The notes: generated by a model from the letters alone, not told the origin. A DNA stretch of 64,000 nt from Octopus vulgaris (GCA_951406725.2 OX597815.1:177444001-177508000); one strand, 5' to 3'. Counted from the stretch's first letter, positions 43,349 to 57,549 are shown. A program made the numbers and translations.

Positions 43349-43705
43349 TTGCTATTGTTAATAAGCTTGTCACTGGGTAGTATTGGAATCTTAAACTGTT
43401 CATGGAAATTGTTAACCAAACCAGAGGACAAAAATATACAGATTGTTGTCGAAAACGCTGTGGGAATCGTTTTAATTCATTTCTTTCACGCAGTGAATGA
43501 AAAAGCGTCTGCAATAATTGGGAGAAATCATCAAACTCAAAAGCGTTTACACCCCGCATTAGAACTCGCCGTCAATGCATATCATGGTGTCATATATAAA
43601 TATGAACACTGCTATAAGATGAAATATTTTTTTTCTGAAAATATCTATTGCACCATTCCAATTAACAAACTGGGAGTTCGACACTTCATAAAGAATCCGA
43701 ATTAA
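43349..43705 (+). pseudogene. possible Penelope-like C-terminal/GIY-YIG remnant (118-aa open stretch)
   Basis: GVIYKYEHC and RHFIKNP resemble PLE viYkf.C and qHl.eNP motifs. The YIG motif is not evident. Confidence 0.3.
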
Positions 43706-44135
43706 TTCGACGACACGATCGAATAGAGAACCCAAATATATATTGAAAAATATTCCCAAGAGAAGATAATTTCCTACCCTATCATCACTTACGTTCTATT
43801 TAACAGAAATGCCGTCAAGTATATGCGGCTAATTTCATGGCATAATTTCGATATGTATTCAAACCACATCACAGACGTAAGTGCTGCGATCTTACTGTGC
43901 ACATGGTTAAGGCTAGAATGATTGAGTAAATTATTGTGAATGGAATCATAAATGACCAATGGCATATATCTCCAGGGATCGATAAATCATAATATATATA
44001 TTTCGCATCTTTCTCGGAAACATAAATTGTATTGATTCCTCTAGGTTTACATGTGTGTGTGTGTGCTTCACGCTAATATACATATAAAAGTATGTGTGTT
44101 TCTGTGTACGTGTGTGTGTGTCCATACACATGCAT

Positions 44136-44203
<68 letters not shown>

Positions 44204-46690
44204 TATGTATATATGTATATATGTCTGCTGTGTCTATTTCTGTGTGAATGTGCGTGACTGCTTTTTGCGGATATGTGCGTTCGTAAACAGACAAATGCAG
44301 CAAAGTTTTGAAAGTAACTTTATTTATGATTTATAACGATTGTATTAGTTTTGATGGAGCGCGGGATTATTTATCAGAAATAATTTCCCTAAAATACCTG
44401 ATGCTAATTATTACTGCGTACTTTTTGAGTCTGCGCTTTTCAAATCACTCCACATTTATTTTTTCATTATATGGTTGCCGCTCATCAACTGCGTGCGGTG
44501 CTACCTTAATGCAAATGCGCAACTGATAAGAAATTGATGATTGATATTCATATTATTCCCCCATCATACTTATTCCGATGGAAATCTAGCTTGATTCATG
44601 CCTAATAGCATTCAATTGTTCGCAGGTAATATACAGCAAAATGAATGTTGTAAATAGTCTACTTGTTAGAAAATGCTATTTGGGAAATGTATTTGGCAAC
44701 ATGTATTATTGTCGATTAAGGTACGATATTACAAATCTTGGAGAAAAGGTAAACGTTTCGTTTTTATCAATGCGTCTGAAGATAATAACAGCGTGAAAGT
44801 ACACAAAAGTTGATATCTGATGTCGAAAGTATTGAACTTACTTTTATACGCATTTCTTCATGGGTTCAGTTCTCCCCAAAGCAACTCATTGTGTTTCTTG
44901 CGGAAATGCTATATTCTAAGTAGTGTGTATTCCTTTTTATTTTTTTTTTCTACTGACTGCCAAAAATCAGAATCGAATAAGGGAATAACATCTAATAACT
45001 GTGGATCTCTCTTGAGGAAATTCCCTTAAATTAATATTATTTCCAGTTATTAATCTCAACTTACTAAAGTTTGATGCATAAAACTAGTACGGACATTTAC
45101 TCCAATAATCAAAACCAATATTTGATATGATGATTAATTAGAATAACCCGTAATACATGTGTGTATCTGAATGCACAAAAAATGCATACGAAAACAATAT
45201 TAATTTCGATTATTTTCTGTGAACTAGAATATAGATGGAGAGTAGCAAGCAGAAAGTACAGAGGCGCTTGGCAACCATAACGTTTGATGTTTTCTGACCT
45301 GCAATGCTCAACAAAGTATAGACTATAGCTTGCGGTTCCGTTTTCATGTAGGTATATGATTTAGTTTGCTAGCATTCTCGAAAAATTGTTAAACACGTGT
45401 AGGTTTAGACTTCCGTTTTTGTTAATATTATTTTTGTCTCGTTTGACTTTTGGCAATCTGAACAATTGCAAGTGCCGGTTGCGTCGATTTTTGTAATTTC
45501 TGTTCGGTGAGTTTTGTAGAATTCCACTTAAAACGCTATAGAGTTTTCAAGTGTTTCTATACATCATTGCTTTAGAAGAGACGTAATCCTCTAAGACGTT
45601 CACTTCTGCAATGTATGCCTTTACAAACTACTTCGGAGAAAGTAGCTACCTTGCCTCTTGCTTTAAGTCGTATGAAGCGATGTTATCCGATCAAGATTAG
45701 CCTCTCTTAAATTGAGTATCTTTGAAGAGTATTTACACGAACCCCTTGTTATTTACACATTGAAACGCACGCTAGATCATCTTACTAGCCTTCGTGCTCT
45801 TTCAGATGCATGAACAATGTGTTCTTTGTAAGTAAATTGCTCTATAAATCGCATTCTTTGTATTGCGCCGCTATTCTCTTTAACAAGTCTCTATGTCATA
45901 GCATGAATTACATTTATGATGCCAGTAACGTTTTTCCCTACGCTCGGTGGGGGGAAAGGTTGGAATTCTTAATTTTGTATATAGCTTCACTTGACTTTCT
46001 ATATGGCGGGTGTTTGCCGGTAGCTAAGTCTCGTTTTATACTAAAATGTCTAATGTGATAACGGAGTTCTTTTAATTGATTTCACGCAATATTTTAAACC
46101 TGTACATTCGAAAACTCTCCATGTCATGGCCGTTTACGTTATATGACATTGCTAAGCAAACATTTCTCTCTATTGTAAGAAAGGGGGGAGGTGTTATTCT
46201 TTATCTAGAAATTTAAACTGAAGATTACTAAAGGTAGGTCTCACTCCAGAGAGTGTTGCTCATCCTTCCTTAATAATTCTGAATCCTTATGCAATGAAAT
46301 AAAATTCTAAGCCTTTGTTCTTATCCTACTAGGCAAAGGTCTAATTCTTCTGATGATAGAGAAAAGAATTTAGAGGAAAGGTAAACAAGGTACCAATTCG
46401 ACAATTTGCAGAGTTTAATGTCCCTGATGCATCAACACCAATTAATGACGATGGCATTGCAGCTCTGTTGCGCTATTCTTGCAGAATTTCATGTTCTGCA
46501 GTTTATTACGCATGTGTGTTTGCGGTTAAAATTCTCAATTTATTTTTGAAGCGGTTTTAGACGAAATTTTCTTTGTCTACCTTACGAAAGATGTACGATT
46601 TCAGCATGCCATGTCTCTGTATGAGAGATTGTAATTTCAAATGACATGGGAGTTCTTACTCTTCAAACACTAAAGGGTCTCACACACGTA

Positions 46691-46726
<36 letters not shown>

Positions 46727-47440
46727 ACAAAGTTATTTTATTCCACAGGCGTAGAAATATAGGAAAATCGGGAGTTGAAAATGCACTGAGAATAGTTAAA
46801 TTAAATTTGCTATCATTGTGTTTAAAGCTTTAACCGGTTTCACAGTTTACACTTATTTTCAAAAAGTTGAAATAGAAAGACGTCGCTTATGTCACAGCTG
46901 CTTTGCTTCTAACTAGTGTTTGAAACTTGCTCTATGTATTCTTAAACATCCAGGATGGTCCAGATACAAGATGCGCTGGTCACTATAACAGAATAACTTG
47001 TACGACGACGGTGTGTTCAACCGGACGTTGCATAATTTGCGTCTGAATCTGTTTAGAGTTCTTAAGAGAAAAAAATATTCACATAACAGTTTCAGATTTT
47101 GTTGAACACGGTGCATATAAACACTTTTTATTTATTGACAGTTATTAGCACCGATCATCAGACGTTTTGTCAGCTGAGAGTACAAACAAAGCAAGGAGTT
47201 TCGTTTAAGCGCAGAGTTCCGGTAGATTTCGCCTGACGAGACACAATTCAAAGGACCGGTGGTCATGAATCCCGTGCGACAGTGAGCTTCGTGTGTTAAA
47301 CCCATAGTCGTCGCAAAATGTAGAAGTTCTTATATACAGCAGTGGCCAGTATATTTTGTGTCTGAATCTGCTTAGAATTGTTAAGAATAAATACATGCTT
47401 AACAAGATTCTAAATATTAATTTTCTGCAAATTGATAATT

Positions 47441-47490
<50 letters not shown>

Positions 47491-47999
47491 GTATAATTAA
47501 TTTTATGCAACAGATATCGCAAATGTTTTACATAATATGAACATTTCTGTGAAGTTTTAATATCACATCTTTCTAATTTAAAACAGTTTCAAATTATTAA
47601 ATAAAATGTGTTTTTCCTAATAGTTGTATACCGTACATTTTTTGCATTTGTTATACGCATAATTATTTTCTGAAAGTTTAGCAAGTTGGTGAAGCGATCC
47701 GTTTTAAATATTATACACTTTAATCTACAGGATTTAACAAGGTAACTGAAATGTGTAATTAATTAATGTTTGTGTTTTACGAGCCGATAAATTGGTTTCG
47801 TAAATTAATGCTACTCATCTTCGCAACCAGTTATATTTGTCGTTGTTTTTACTTGTTTGAGCCATTGGACTGCGGCGGTGCTGGAGCACTGCGGGAGGAG
47901 TTTTAGTCGAACAAATCAACCAAGGGTCTTCATATATAAATTAGGCTTTAGAAATAGCTTACACACCTACCATTTTCTTAATTTCGATTAAAGTATATA

Positions 48000-48402
48000 G
48001 GCGCAGGAGTGGCTGTGTGGTAAGTAGCTTGCTTACCAACCACATGGTTTCGGGTTCAGCCCACTGCGTGGCATCTTGGGCAGGTGTCTTCTGCTATAGC
48101 CTCGGGCCGACCAATGCCTTGTGAGTGGATTTGGTAGACGGAAACTGAAAGAAGCCCGTCGTATATATATATGCGTGTGTGTGTGTTTGTGTGTCTGTGT
48201 TTGTACCCCTAGCATTGCTTGACAACTAATTCTGGTGTGTTTATGTCCCCGTTACTTAGCGGTTCGGCAAAAGAGACCGATAGAATAAGTACTGGGCTTA
48301 CAAAGAATAAGTCCTGGGGTCGTTTGCTCGAATAAAGGCGGTGCTCCAGCATGGCCGCAGTCAAATGACTGAAACAAGTAAAAGAGTAAAAGAGTAAAAG
48401 AG
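48000..48402 (+). mobile_element. SINE family B, full length
   Basis: Near-identical to the 21591 copy. Confidence 0.92.
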
Positions 48403-48771
48403 TATATAGTAAGAAATAGAATTTAAAAACAGTTTATGAAATATTTTGCGCATGCGCATTTATATATTCTGCAAAGCTTGTTTCACTATTGTTTTAAATG
48501 GAAATGATAAAAGCTAAAAAGAATAACAATTTAATAAGAACCAATAAACAATTCCACATCCACTATGTAAACATGGCGTATGTGGGTATGCAGTTGCTTG
48601 ATACAGATTTTCCGGCAAGCAGGTTCAGAATAAACTGCTATGTTCCAACTGTAACCAGTACGTCATCTTAGATGGGCTATCATTATTTCCCGACCAAAGA
48701 TTCGGAACAAATGTGGTTATATGCCTTTATGCGAGTAGGATAAGCGTGGACAAAAAATGAAAATTATGCTT

Positions 48772-48818
<47 letters not shown>

Positions 48819-49431
48819 GTGTGTGTGTGTGCGTGAAAATACACATCGTTTCTATTATGATAAACTGTAATATGTTCCAATTTGGCCAAATGCATTTTTT
48901 TCAATAATTATGTTTTCTTGTAACAGCCAGCTCTTTTGATAAAAAGTATCGTATCTCCAGCTGTTTCAGACGCTAAGATAGTACAAAGGTTTTGCTATAG
49001 AATGGGGAAACACATTTTTAAAAGAAATCCGAAGTATATATGCATGTATATATGTGTGTGTATATGTATGTATGTGTGTGTATGTATATATGTATGCATG
49101 TATGTATGTATGTATCTATCTATGTGTGTATGTATATATGTGTGTATGTGTGTATGTATGTGTACGTTTGCATATATGTATGTGTATGCGTGTGTGTATA
49201 TGTATGTGTACATATGTATGTATATCATTGTCTTTCATCTTTTACTCATTTTAGTCATAAGACCGTGGCCATGCTGGAGTACCTCTTTGAAGCATGTTAG
49301 TCAAATGGCTCCACCGCTGTACATATTTTCGTTTAATTTCAACTGCCAGGTTACAGGGTCTTAAACACACCTACACCGGTTGTCAAACGGTGGATGGAGA
49401 AACACACACGCAGGAGCGCACACATTTATAT

Positions 49432-50560
49432 TTAGGGCAGCAAGATATATTCGTTTGTTTCGGTCCAATGTTATTTGAATTTATACGAAAAGTCATTTTA
49501 TCGTATTATTTTGTGGTCTCTATAGTATTGAAGTGCCATTCAGCTTTTGTTTATCGATTTTGAAATTTGAATAAATTTTACATCTTTTCAGACATATAAC
49601 AATTGAGTGCCAATTTGGAATAAATGAAGATTTACGACAACCTGGTTCTCTTCCAAAGCTGCGAAATCCGCTCGGGACCTTGGCGCTGTGTACGGAGAAT
49701 ACGCTATTAAAAACCGAACTGCACAGAAATAGTTTTTATGATTCAGGTAAGGAAAATATAATCTCACGCGCACAGTCTGTGTTCGGGTCCGACTGCGCAG
49801 TTCAATGAGAATCGTTTGAACAACCTTATCGAAGAGGATTCACGTCAGTCTACTAGGTAAATGACTTAGAAGCTGGGATTCTTTCATGGAACAGTCGACT
49901 ACCATATTCACTCGATGGGTAAATTCCAAATAAGTTGTCTACGCCCGACACACTCTGAACAAAAGAGGAAAATTCCAGCGCTCTGCAATCGCCTCCAGGT
50001 TGCGCGATCGATCCCACGCTACCCATGACCACACGCAGATATTCATTTACTGCAGCGTCACCTGCGATGGAAAAAGGTGACCTTACCTCAATATGATGTA
50101 GAGTAAATCATGGTTCCGAATATGTAAGCATCGTCTTAGATGAAGCCAGAGTTTCAGTTTTGCAAGACAACGGGTTGGGTGGAATTAAGTAGAGATTAAA
50201 GGCGTGCTTTTCCAGCACCACTACTCAAGTGGATAATTTGAGCCAAATTTTAAAAGCTCGACTGGGACGTTCAAGGGTGAGCACCGTATTCACATTATTA
50301 ATTTTCCGATCGGTCTCGAATAGACTGTGAGTGTATCTTCCGTTCAACAACGCCCTGGAGTTGAAAAGATGACACGGTGCAGTCTTAGTGTCAAGGCTCG
50401 TTTCTGCCGCTAAGGCACTGGCAAGCCATCGGAACGGTGGCATGAAGTTGCGAACTGTGAAGGAGAATGTGTTTATTAATCGATTTGTTAAAATTTAATG
50501 TTGAAAAGTTAAAAATAAACATTAATAATAGGGAAAACCTGTTGATCTGAGAAACCAACA
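49432..50560 (+). mobile_element. mariner transposon remnant
   Basis: NRLNNLIEEDSRQSTR, YHIHSMGK, VTCDGKR*PYLN (cf. TGDEKW.Y.N), ERWHEVANCEGEC. Confidence 0.8.
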
Positions 50561-50841
50561 CAATACACACACAAACACACACACATTATGTGTATAATTA
50601 TTCCCCGACAAACTAAAAAACTGGTGGTGTGTGAAGAAGACATCTAAAAATCGATAAAAATAGTAGAGAGAACTTGGTGTGGAGAGTGGAAAATGGAACG
50701 CTTTGGACAGTCACCTTTTGCAAGTAGAAGTCTAAAGGAGAGAAATTAAGGAGAGACAACTGAGGTTTACATACTGTACATTGCAATAGAAATTTCTGCA
50801 GACAGATGTGTGAGTGTGAGTTTGTGTTGATGTATGTGTGT

Positions 50842-50898
<57 letters not shown>

Positions 50899-52481
50899 TG
50901 AATGTTGTGTGTGTGTGAATGTGAATGTGTGTGTGTGTGTGAATGTTCGTACGTATACATACAGGAAAGAAGCAACTTAGAATAAAGAATTCAAAAGTCT
51001 GGAAATGAATCGACATTTATCCCTAATCGAATACGGATTTTAATGGAAATATAACACCCCACCCTACACAGACATACACATACACAAGCACTGACACATA
51101 AACTGTCACACACGCCCAAGCACACACTCACATACGCATATACATTGTTGTATATATTTTGAGCACACAATCTTTGAAAAATTTAAGCCTTACGTAGGAA
51201 GGAAATATCTAAATGCATAGATTTTAAGAAGATATTTATGTGATTAATCATTATATTTTTTATAAAATTTAAATTTTCAAATATGTGTATATTTGTGTGT
51301 GTTTATATTTATGAGAGAGAAAAAACTATTCATGCCTTCTATATTGTTTTGTATGGCATATGCCTAGTCAGGATACGCGGGGGATTCCAACTCACTAAAT
51401 TTATTATCGAGTCGTAAAATGATTGCTCTACGTAGTTGTTTTGAAAGCTCGCTATAAATATTCAGTAACTTAAATTCACAAATTACGGTGGACATAGACG
51501 CAACTGGTGAAATAATTAAATACTTGAAGCTCGTTATAAAAATGGAACAGTTTGAAATTCAAAAGAAACAATTTGCATAGAAATAAAATTCATAAACCTA
51601 TTTTCTCATTCTCTCATTCTGACAGGAAATTAAAAGGGAACAATAACGTAGGTTTAATGAAAGGAAATCGTTAGTGGTACCCTACATTTGAACACTATAC
51701 TATGCCTAGTTATTGCCCCATACAGTACTTATTCTACTTACACTCACAATGCACAAATATAAATATTATTTCTTGGTTGCTATGTTCGGTTGCATCTAGT
51801 GATGATATGCACTTCCAACTACATCGGAATCAGTTTCTAATTATAGAAATGTTTCCAGGATCTTTTCGCAGACAAATACTAGAGTTTTTCCATGATACAT
51901 ATGGCTGCAGAAATACTAAAGATTTGTGTTGGTGTATCTCCGACAACATGGTTAGAGATAACAGAATAAAGCCGTTCCTAGGATCGGTAGGGGGGAACAT
52001 GAGAGGAAATGTAATAAAAATATAAAGTAAATTAAAACAGATACGATAAGGGGGGTGGAATAAGATAAGAAAATGAAGTAAAACAGCACAAAACACATTT
52101 CCACTTTTATTGTATCTTAATCTGTTTTATTTTATTTGTTTTCATTTTTCTCCCTACATATCCTAACAAATGTATTACCCTGTTAAAGATTTCTAGAATA
52201 TCTGTATTATTGATGCAGCGAAATCATGTCTAATACTTATATCTCTTGAATACCTTCTGTATATTTGGCCGTCAGAAACGTTTATTAAATTTCAGAACCT
52301 TTTGCTGTGTTGGGCTGATTTAATGTTAAGAGATATCTGCAAATAAATCAAAGAATATTACAGCAATTCTGTTTTTCTTTTGACGGTTCAAAATTACGGA
52401 GATATCTCTTCATATCTTTGAATACGTTCACTTTTGACACCTCTGTATTCCATAAATCTTCTCTGCCAATGAGTTTCTTAC

Positions 52482-52704
52482 TTGAGGGCAGATTCAAAGT
52501 CATTTAATTGTAATTTGCATGTGGATTTTGAGTAGCAATTATGTAATATTGCATACGTAATCTTTCCATTTCCAGGCAGAAATATTTTCAGTGTGTCTGT
52601 ACTTGAATTTTGTTTGAAAAGTGGTAGTCGTATATGGTTTAGTTCGTCGTTATTGAGTTTTAAGACATGAATGACCGAAGAATTAAGCATACGATTCGAA
52701 AAGT
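52482..52704 (-). CDS. candidate 223-bp internal exon (phase 1-2) of an unidentified host gene
   Basis: Acceptor TACTGTCCCTTACAG, donor AA|GTAAGA. 73 open codons FSNRMLNSSVIHVLKLNNDELNHIRLPLFKQNSSTDTLKIFLPGNGKITYAILHNCYSKSTCKLQLNDFESAL. Confidence 0.5.
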
Positions 52705-53033
52705 CTGTAAGGGACAGTAATTGGCAATTTTATAGAGAGCTAGTCTGTCGTATCGATAAAAGCCAGTGAATGGAAAGTGAAATATTTTATTTATTGTACC
52801 TAACGAATAGGATTAAATAAGATGGCAATACATCAAATTTAATTAGGCAGCCATATATTTATATATGAAGAGAAAGTGTTCTGCACTGATCTGTTAACAC
52901 TGGTAGCGTTCTTTCAAAAACCGGGTCCCCTTAGATAGAATTATAATTTCAATGTCACCCGTTGCTACAGTTTTCTAAACTGTTATCAGAAATAATTTGT
53001 CCGTATATTATTAGTAATATAAATTTGAATGGC

Positions 53034-53097
<64 letters not shown>

Positions 53098-53117
53098 TAT
53101 ATATATATATATATGTA

Positions 53118-56100
53118 AAAACTTAGAAAACTTAGATATGTTTCGACCAGAGATTGGTCCAGGTCATGTCTAACTTAATAGCACCACCTGATAGGATTAT
53201 TCGAATCCTGTTTAAGTCAAGTTTTGTTCAAGTAGTGAGTTCTTGTTGGGTGAGTTGTATCCAGTTTTGTTCAAGTAGTGAGTTCTTGTTGGGTGAGTTG
53301 TATCCAATTATGGGTGGCTTATCTGGTATTCTTTGAAGGAATCTATCCAGACTCTGTTTGAAGTTGATGGGATCCTTTTCCTCTTTGATCTCCCTCGGGA
53401 CAATGTTAAATAGGGCAGGGCCTGTTGAGGAAAAGAAATTATGTTGCAGTGTACATGTATGTTGTGATCTTGAATTTGGCAGGGGACGTATAGCCCGTGG
53501 TCCAAGTCTCGGATGAACCTTGAAGCTAATGTTTAGGTCGTTTGGGCAAAGTTGGCGGTATATTTTCCACATCGTACAAATGATGTACCGCTCACGGCGA
53601 CGCTGGAGGGAGTAAAGTTTCAAGGCTTTAAGGCGATCCCAATAATCGAGAGCAGCCATGCCTTCAATTTGTTTAGTGAGAGCCCTCTGGGGTGACTCAA
53701 TTCTGGAGATGTTTTGTCTTGTGTGAGGAGACCACAGTGGGCAGCAGTATTCAAGGTGTGGCCGTACAAAGGATGAAAAAAGTGGTATGATGACACCTTG
53801 TTCTCTGGACCGGAAAGTTCTTAAGATCCAGGAACTCATCTTACGAGCTGTATCGACCTTCTTGTTGATGTGTGCACTCCAACTGAGATCGTCATCAACA
53901 ATTACACCCAGGTCTCTGATATTGTTAGAGGCTGTGAGCGGTTCCCCTGAAGGAAGAGAGTATGGTTGTTTTAGTGAGGAATTTCTTCCAAAATGCATCA
54001 GCTCAAATTTTCCCTCATTCAGTTGCATTTTGTTTCTGTCTGCCCATTGACTCACAGCATATAGGTCAGACTGGAGTTGAGTTCGGTCTGCTTCTTCATT
54101 GACGATTTGCTGGAGCTTAGTGTCATCAGCGAATATTTTCACTTTGCAGTGATGTACGACACTGGAAAGGTCGTTTACATAAATTATGAAGAGTAGCGGA
54201 CCCAAAACAGTTCCCTGGGGAACACCGCTGGTGACTTTTGCTGGGTTTGAGTGGACTCCATCAACTACAACATGTTGTGTTCTATTCGCTAGGAAATACT
54301 GAATCCAGTGTAGAACTTTTCCACGGATTCCAACATTTGCCAATTTTGAGAGTAGGATGTTATGGTCTACCCTGTCGAACGCTTTACTGAAGTCAAGGTA
54401 TATGACGTCAGAGTTCGAACCTGTTCCCAAGGCTTTGAGTACATCTTCAATGTGGTGTAAGAGCTGTGTTAGACAGTCCCTGCCACAGCGAAAGTCATGC
54501 TGATTTGAATTTAAGAGTTTGTGGGTCTCCAGGAAGTCAGCTATCCTTGATCTTAACACTCTTTCAAACACTTTAATGATGTGGGAGGTGAGTGAGATTG
54601 GGCGATAGTTGACTGCGAGGGATCTGTTTCCCTGTTTGAAAACCGGGATGACCGACTGGGATAGAAACTTTTTCGGTATATAACCTGCGTCTAACGAGTT
54701 TCTCCAGAGGTTGGTCAGAGGGACTGCAAGTTGATATCTACATTCCTTCAGGAGACTGGCGGGAAATCTATCAGGGCCTACAGCAGAGTAATGTTTGACC
54801 TCATTTATTGCTGCTACGATGTCGGTGGCAGTGAAGGTTATGTCTGCGATTTTGTGTTGGGAGTCAGCTTCGTTCGTTTCCCTCACATCAATATCAGTGG
54901 GAACACTGAAGACAGAGCAATATTGTTTCTGCAGTATTTCTGCCATTTCTTTAGCATCGTGTTGGGGAATGCCGTTTTCATCAATCAATGGCCCAATAGG
55001 TGAGACAGTGGTTCTATGCTTATTTGCATAAGAATAGAACACTTTTGGGTTCTGTTTGATGTTTTTGATTACCAATTGTTCCTCCACAGCTCTTTGATTT
55101 TCAATGGAGGTTTTCATGTTAGTCTGCAGATGAAGTTTTTCCAGCTCTAGTCTTTTCATTGTTGCTGAATGTGGATGTTGCGTGTGGGAATATTTTAATT
55201 GGTTGATTTTTTTGTTGAGTCTTTTGATGCGCCTGATGAGTGTTTTTTTCTTTTTAGGGAGCCGGTTTCTGTTTGTGTTAGTAGATTTCTTGGGAGCGTG
55301 TTTAGAGCATGTGTCGGTGACAATGGTTTCAAAGTGCTGCCACGCGGTCTCAATATGAGGGGAATTGAGAGTAAAAGACCAGTCGATGGAAGACAGATCC
55401 TTTCTGATTGTTCCCCAGTCCGCTTTGTGGAAATTTATGTTGTCAAATGGGTGCCATGGAGTGGGATTGGCTGGTTTGGTTTTTATACGTCGGGAATTAA
55501 GATTGCAGAGTACCATGTCGTGGTCTGAGAGAAGAGTTTTTTCGACTGAAATGCTGTGAACGTAGCTAGAGTGATTGGTCAGTACCAGATCCAAGATCGT
55601 TTTATTCTGTCTCGTTGGTTCAAGCACTAGCTGAGTCAGGAAATACTCATCCATCAGATTAAAGAGCAGTTCTGCTGCTGCCCTATCTGATGTAGAGCAC
55701 TTGCCTAACTTCGGAGTATTTGTAGGCCAGTTCACATGAGGGAGGTTAAAATCACCCATCACTATTATGTTTCCGGAGTGGTACTTCCGAAGGAAGGACT
55801 TGACTTTGCTAAGGCACTCTTCAAAGTACTTTAGAGGTGCCTGGGGAGGCCTGTAAAGACCAACAATGGTTATGTCCTTGGCTTTGTTGTATACTGATAC
55901 CGATTCACAGTAGCCATTGGAAAATGTGTCCTTGGCATCAAGTGAAAAGGAGTCATGGATAAAGATGGCTGTCCCTCCCTTATTTCGGTCTGTGCGATCC
56001 GCACGAACAATGGTGAAATCTTTTATTTTCACCTCTGCGTCCATATGGGTGTTGTTCAGGTGAGTCTCGGTAAGGATAAAGAAAGGGAAGCAATGTGCCA

Positions 56101-56305
56101 TTTCGGCAAGCCAACTCTCTATATATGGGATCTTCCATTTTTGGGCAATAATTGATGGGTTGATGCCACGTACATTTAACAGGAATGTCGAGGTAAGGGA
56201 AGTTGGTAATGGGTGAGTGGTCCTTGTGATTTGCATAGATGGTTGGTGATGGCTCGCTGGATCTCCTGGCTTAGGTCGGCCTTCATATATATCATTACAT
56301 GGATC
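53118..56305 (-). mobile_element. CR1/L2-group LINE, ORF1 absent, inserted in TA-rich DNA
   Basis: Uninterrupted ORF2, 3' UTR hairpin GACCA-ATCTC-TGGTC, (CTAAGTTTT)2 tail. Confidence 0.93.
53228..56236 (-). CDS. LINE ORF2: AP endonuclease + reverse transcriptase (~1000 aa)
   Basis: APE motifs LNVRG, LTETH, YRPP, GDFN, LDLV, SDH. RT motifs YRPISLTS, DFSKAFD, GVPQG, FADD. C-terminal RPHLEYCCPLWSP. The first ~30 aa of the listed 1054-aa ORF are flanking microsatellite. Confidence 0.93.
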   Translation of the reverse strand: MQITRTTHPLPTSLTSTFLLNVRGINPSIIAQKWKIPYIESWLAEMAHCFPFFILTETHLNNTHMDAEVKIKDFTIVRADRTDRNKGGTAIFIHDSFSLDAKDTFSNGYCESVSVYNKAKDITIVGLYRPPQAPLKYFEECLSKVKSFLRKYHSGNIIVMGDFNLPHVNWPTNTPKLGKCSTSDRAAAELLFNLMDEYFLTQLVLEPTRQNKTILDLVLTNHSSYVHSISVEKTLLSDHDMVLCNLNSRRIKTKPANPTPWHPFDNINFHKADWGTIRKDLSSIDWSFTLNSPHIETAWQHFETIVTDTCSKHAPKKSTNTNRNRLPKKKKTLIRRIKRLNKKINQLKYSHTQHPHSATMKRLELEKLHLQTNMKTSIENQRAVEEQLVIKNIKQNPKVFYSYANKHRTTVSPIGPLIDENGIPQHDAKEMAEILQKQYCSVFSVPTDIDVRETNEADSQHKIADITFTATDIVAAINEVKHYSAVGPDRFPASLLKECRYQLAVPLTNLWRNSLDAGYIPKKFLSQSVIPVFKQGNRSLAVNYRPISLTSHIIKVFERVLRSRIADFLETHKLLNSNQHDFRCGRDCLTQLLHHIEDVLKALGTGSNSDVIYLDFSKAFDRVDHNILLSKLANVGIRGKVLHWIQYFLANRTQHVVVDGVHSNPAKVTSGVPQGTVLGPLLFIIYVNDLSSVVHHCKVKIFADDTKLQQIVNEEADRTQLQSDLYAVSQWADRNKMQLNEGKFELMHFGRNSSLKQPYSLPSGEPLTASNNIRDLGVIVDDDLSWSAHINKKVDTARKMSSWILRTFRSREQGVIIPLFSSFVRPHLEYCCPLWSPHTRQNISRIESPQRALTKQIEGMAALDYWDRLKALKLYSLQRRRERYIICTMWKIYRQLCPNDLNISFKVHPRLGPRAIRPLPNSRSQHTCTLQHNFFSSTGPALFNIVPREIKEEKDPINFKQSLDRFLQRIPDKPPIIGYNSPNKNSLLEQNWIQLTQQELTT

Positions 56306-56554
56306 AATATATAAATATATGATATTTATACATATATAAATATATAAATATATAAATATATGATATTTATACATATATATATATACACCCATACAGGCAT
56401 AAATACACTACATTATATTAGATTATTAGATTATAATATATATATATATAATAATGTTTTATAAGCTTAATGAATTGACGAAGGTAAATAATTTAATATT
56501 GGGGCATATAATCCTACCATAGAAAAAGTAGGATTGTCCGTTTGCGTGGGTTAT

Positions 56555-56635
56555 GGGTTCTTTGGTGTAACGGTAGCACACCTCCCGCGAAAACATAGAG
56601 GTGTTACTTCGGATCCCATGGGTACGGACAGCGCT
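56555..56635 (+). mobile_element. tRNA-like SINE head remnant
   Basis: TGGTGTAACGGTAGCAC A-box-like. T-arm degenerate. Confidence 0.4.
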
Positions 56636-56732
56636 CATTTTTCTTTTCTGTCGAGGAATTATTTGCCTCAATATTAGACTATTTACCTTACTCAATGCAC
56701 GGTGATCGCTTATAAGATTTAAGATTGTAAAA

Positions 56733-56910
<178 letters not shown>

Positions 56911-57438
56911 ATTTGTACAGATTTCTAAAATCGACACCGATCCCTCCACCAAAATATCATCGCATATATGTGTGTGTGTGTGAGTGGGTGTGTTTGTGTG
57001 TGTGTGTGAGTGTGTGTGTGTAATTTCGTGTTTTCGCTCCATATTTCGGACGTTTATGAAAACTGACGTATGAGATAGAGAGGCATACATATTGAATATG
57101 TAAAGAGGCTTTCATCATATACAATTTGAAGCAAGTAATTTATTGCTTTGCTGTATCCGTCTTGTATCAATCTAAATATGAGAATGCAGTTGTTTAATTC
57201 ACCGTGAAAGAACAACAAATGTAAACGTGTGCATTGAAGAGAAAATATTCCGAGTATCTACGCTTACACATGTGTGTGTGTGTGTGCGTGTGTGTGTATA
57301 CATTATGCAACATAATTTGTGTGCATTTTCCTTTTCTATAAGTTTTAAATACAATTCATCACGTGGAATGTCTATCTTCTATTTGGAATCTTTTCACTAC
57401 ACACACAGACGCAAAGACACAGACACACAGACACACAG

Positions 57439-57479
<41 letters not shown>

Positions 57480-57549
57480 CGTTCTTACATATATGCATGC
57501 ATGAATACGTAAATATGAATATATTATATAGATATAATATATATATATA

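Noticed and set aside
45450-46520. Possible L1/Tx1 endonuclease remnant on -
   Set aside because: Only faint motif echoes. Not supportable without a profile search.
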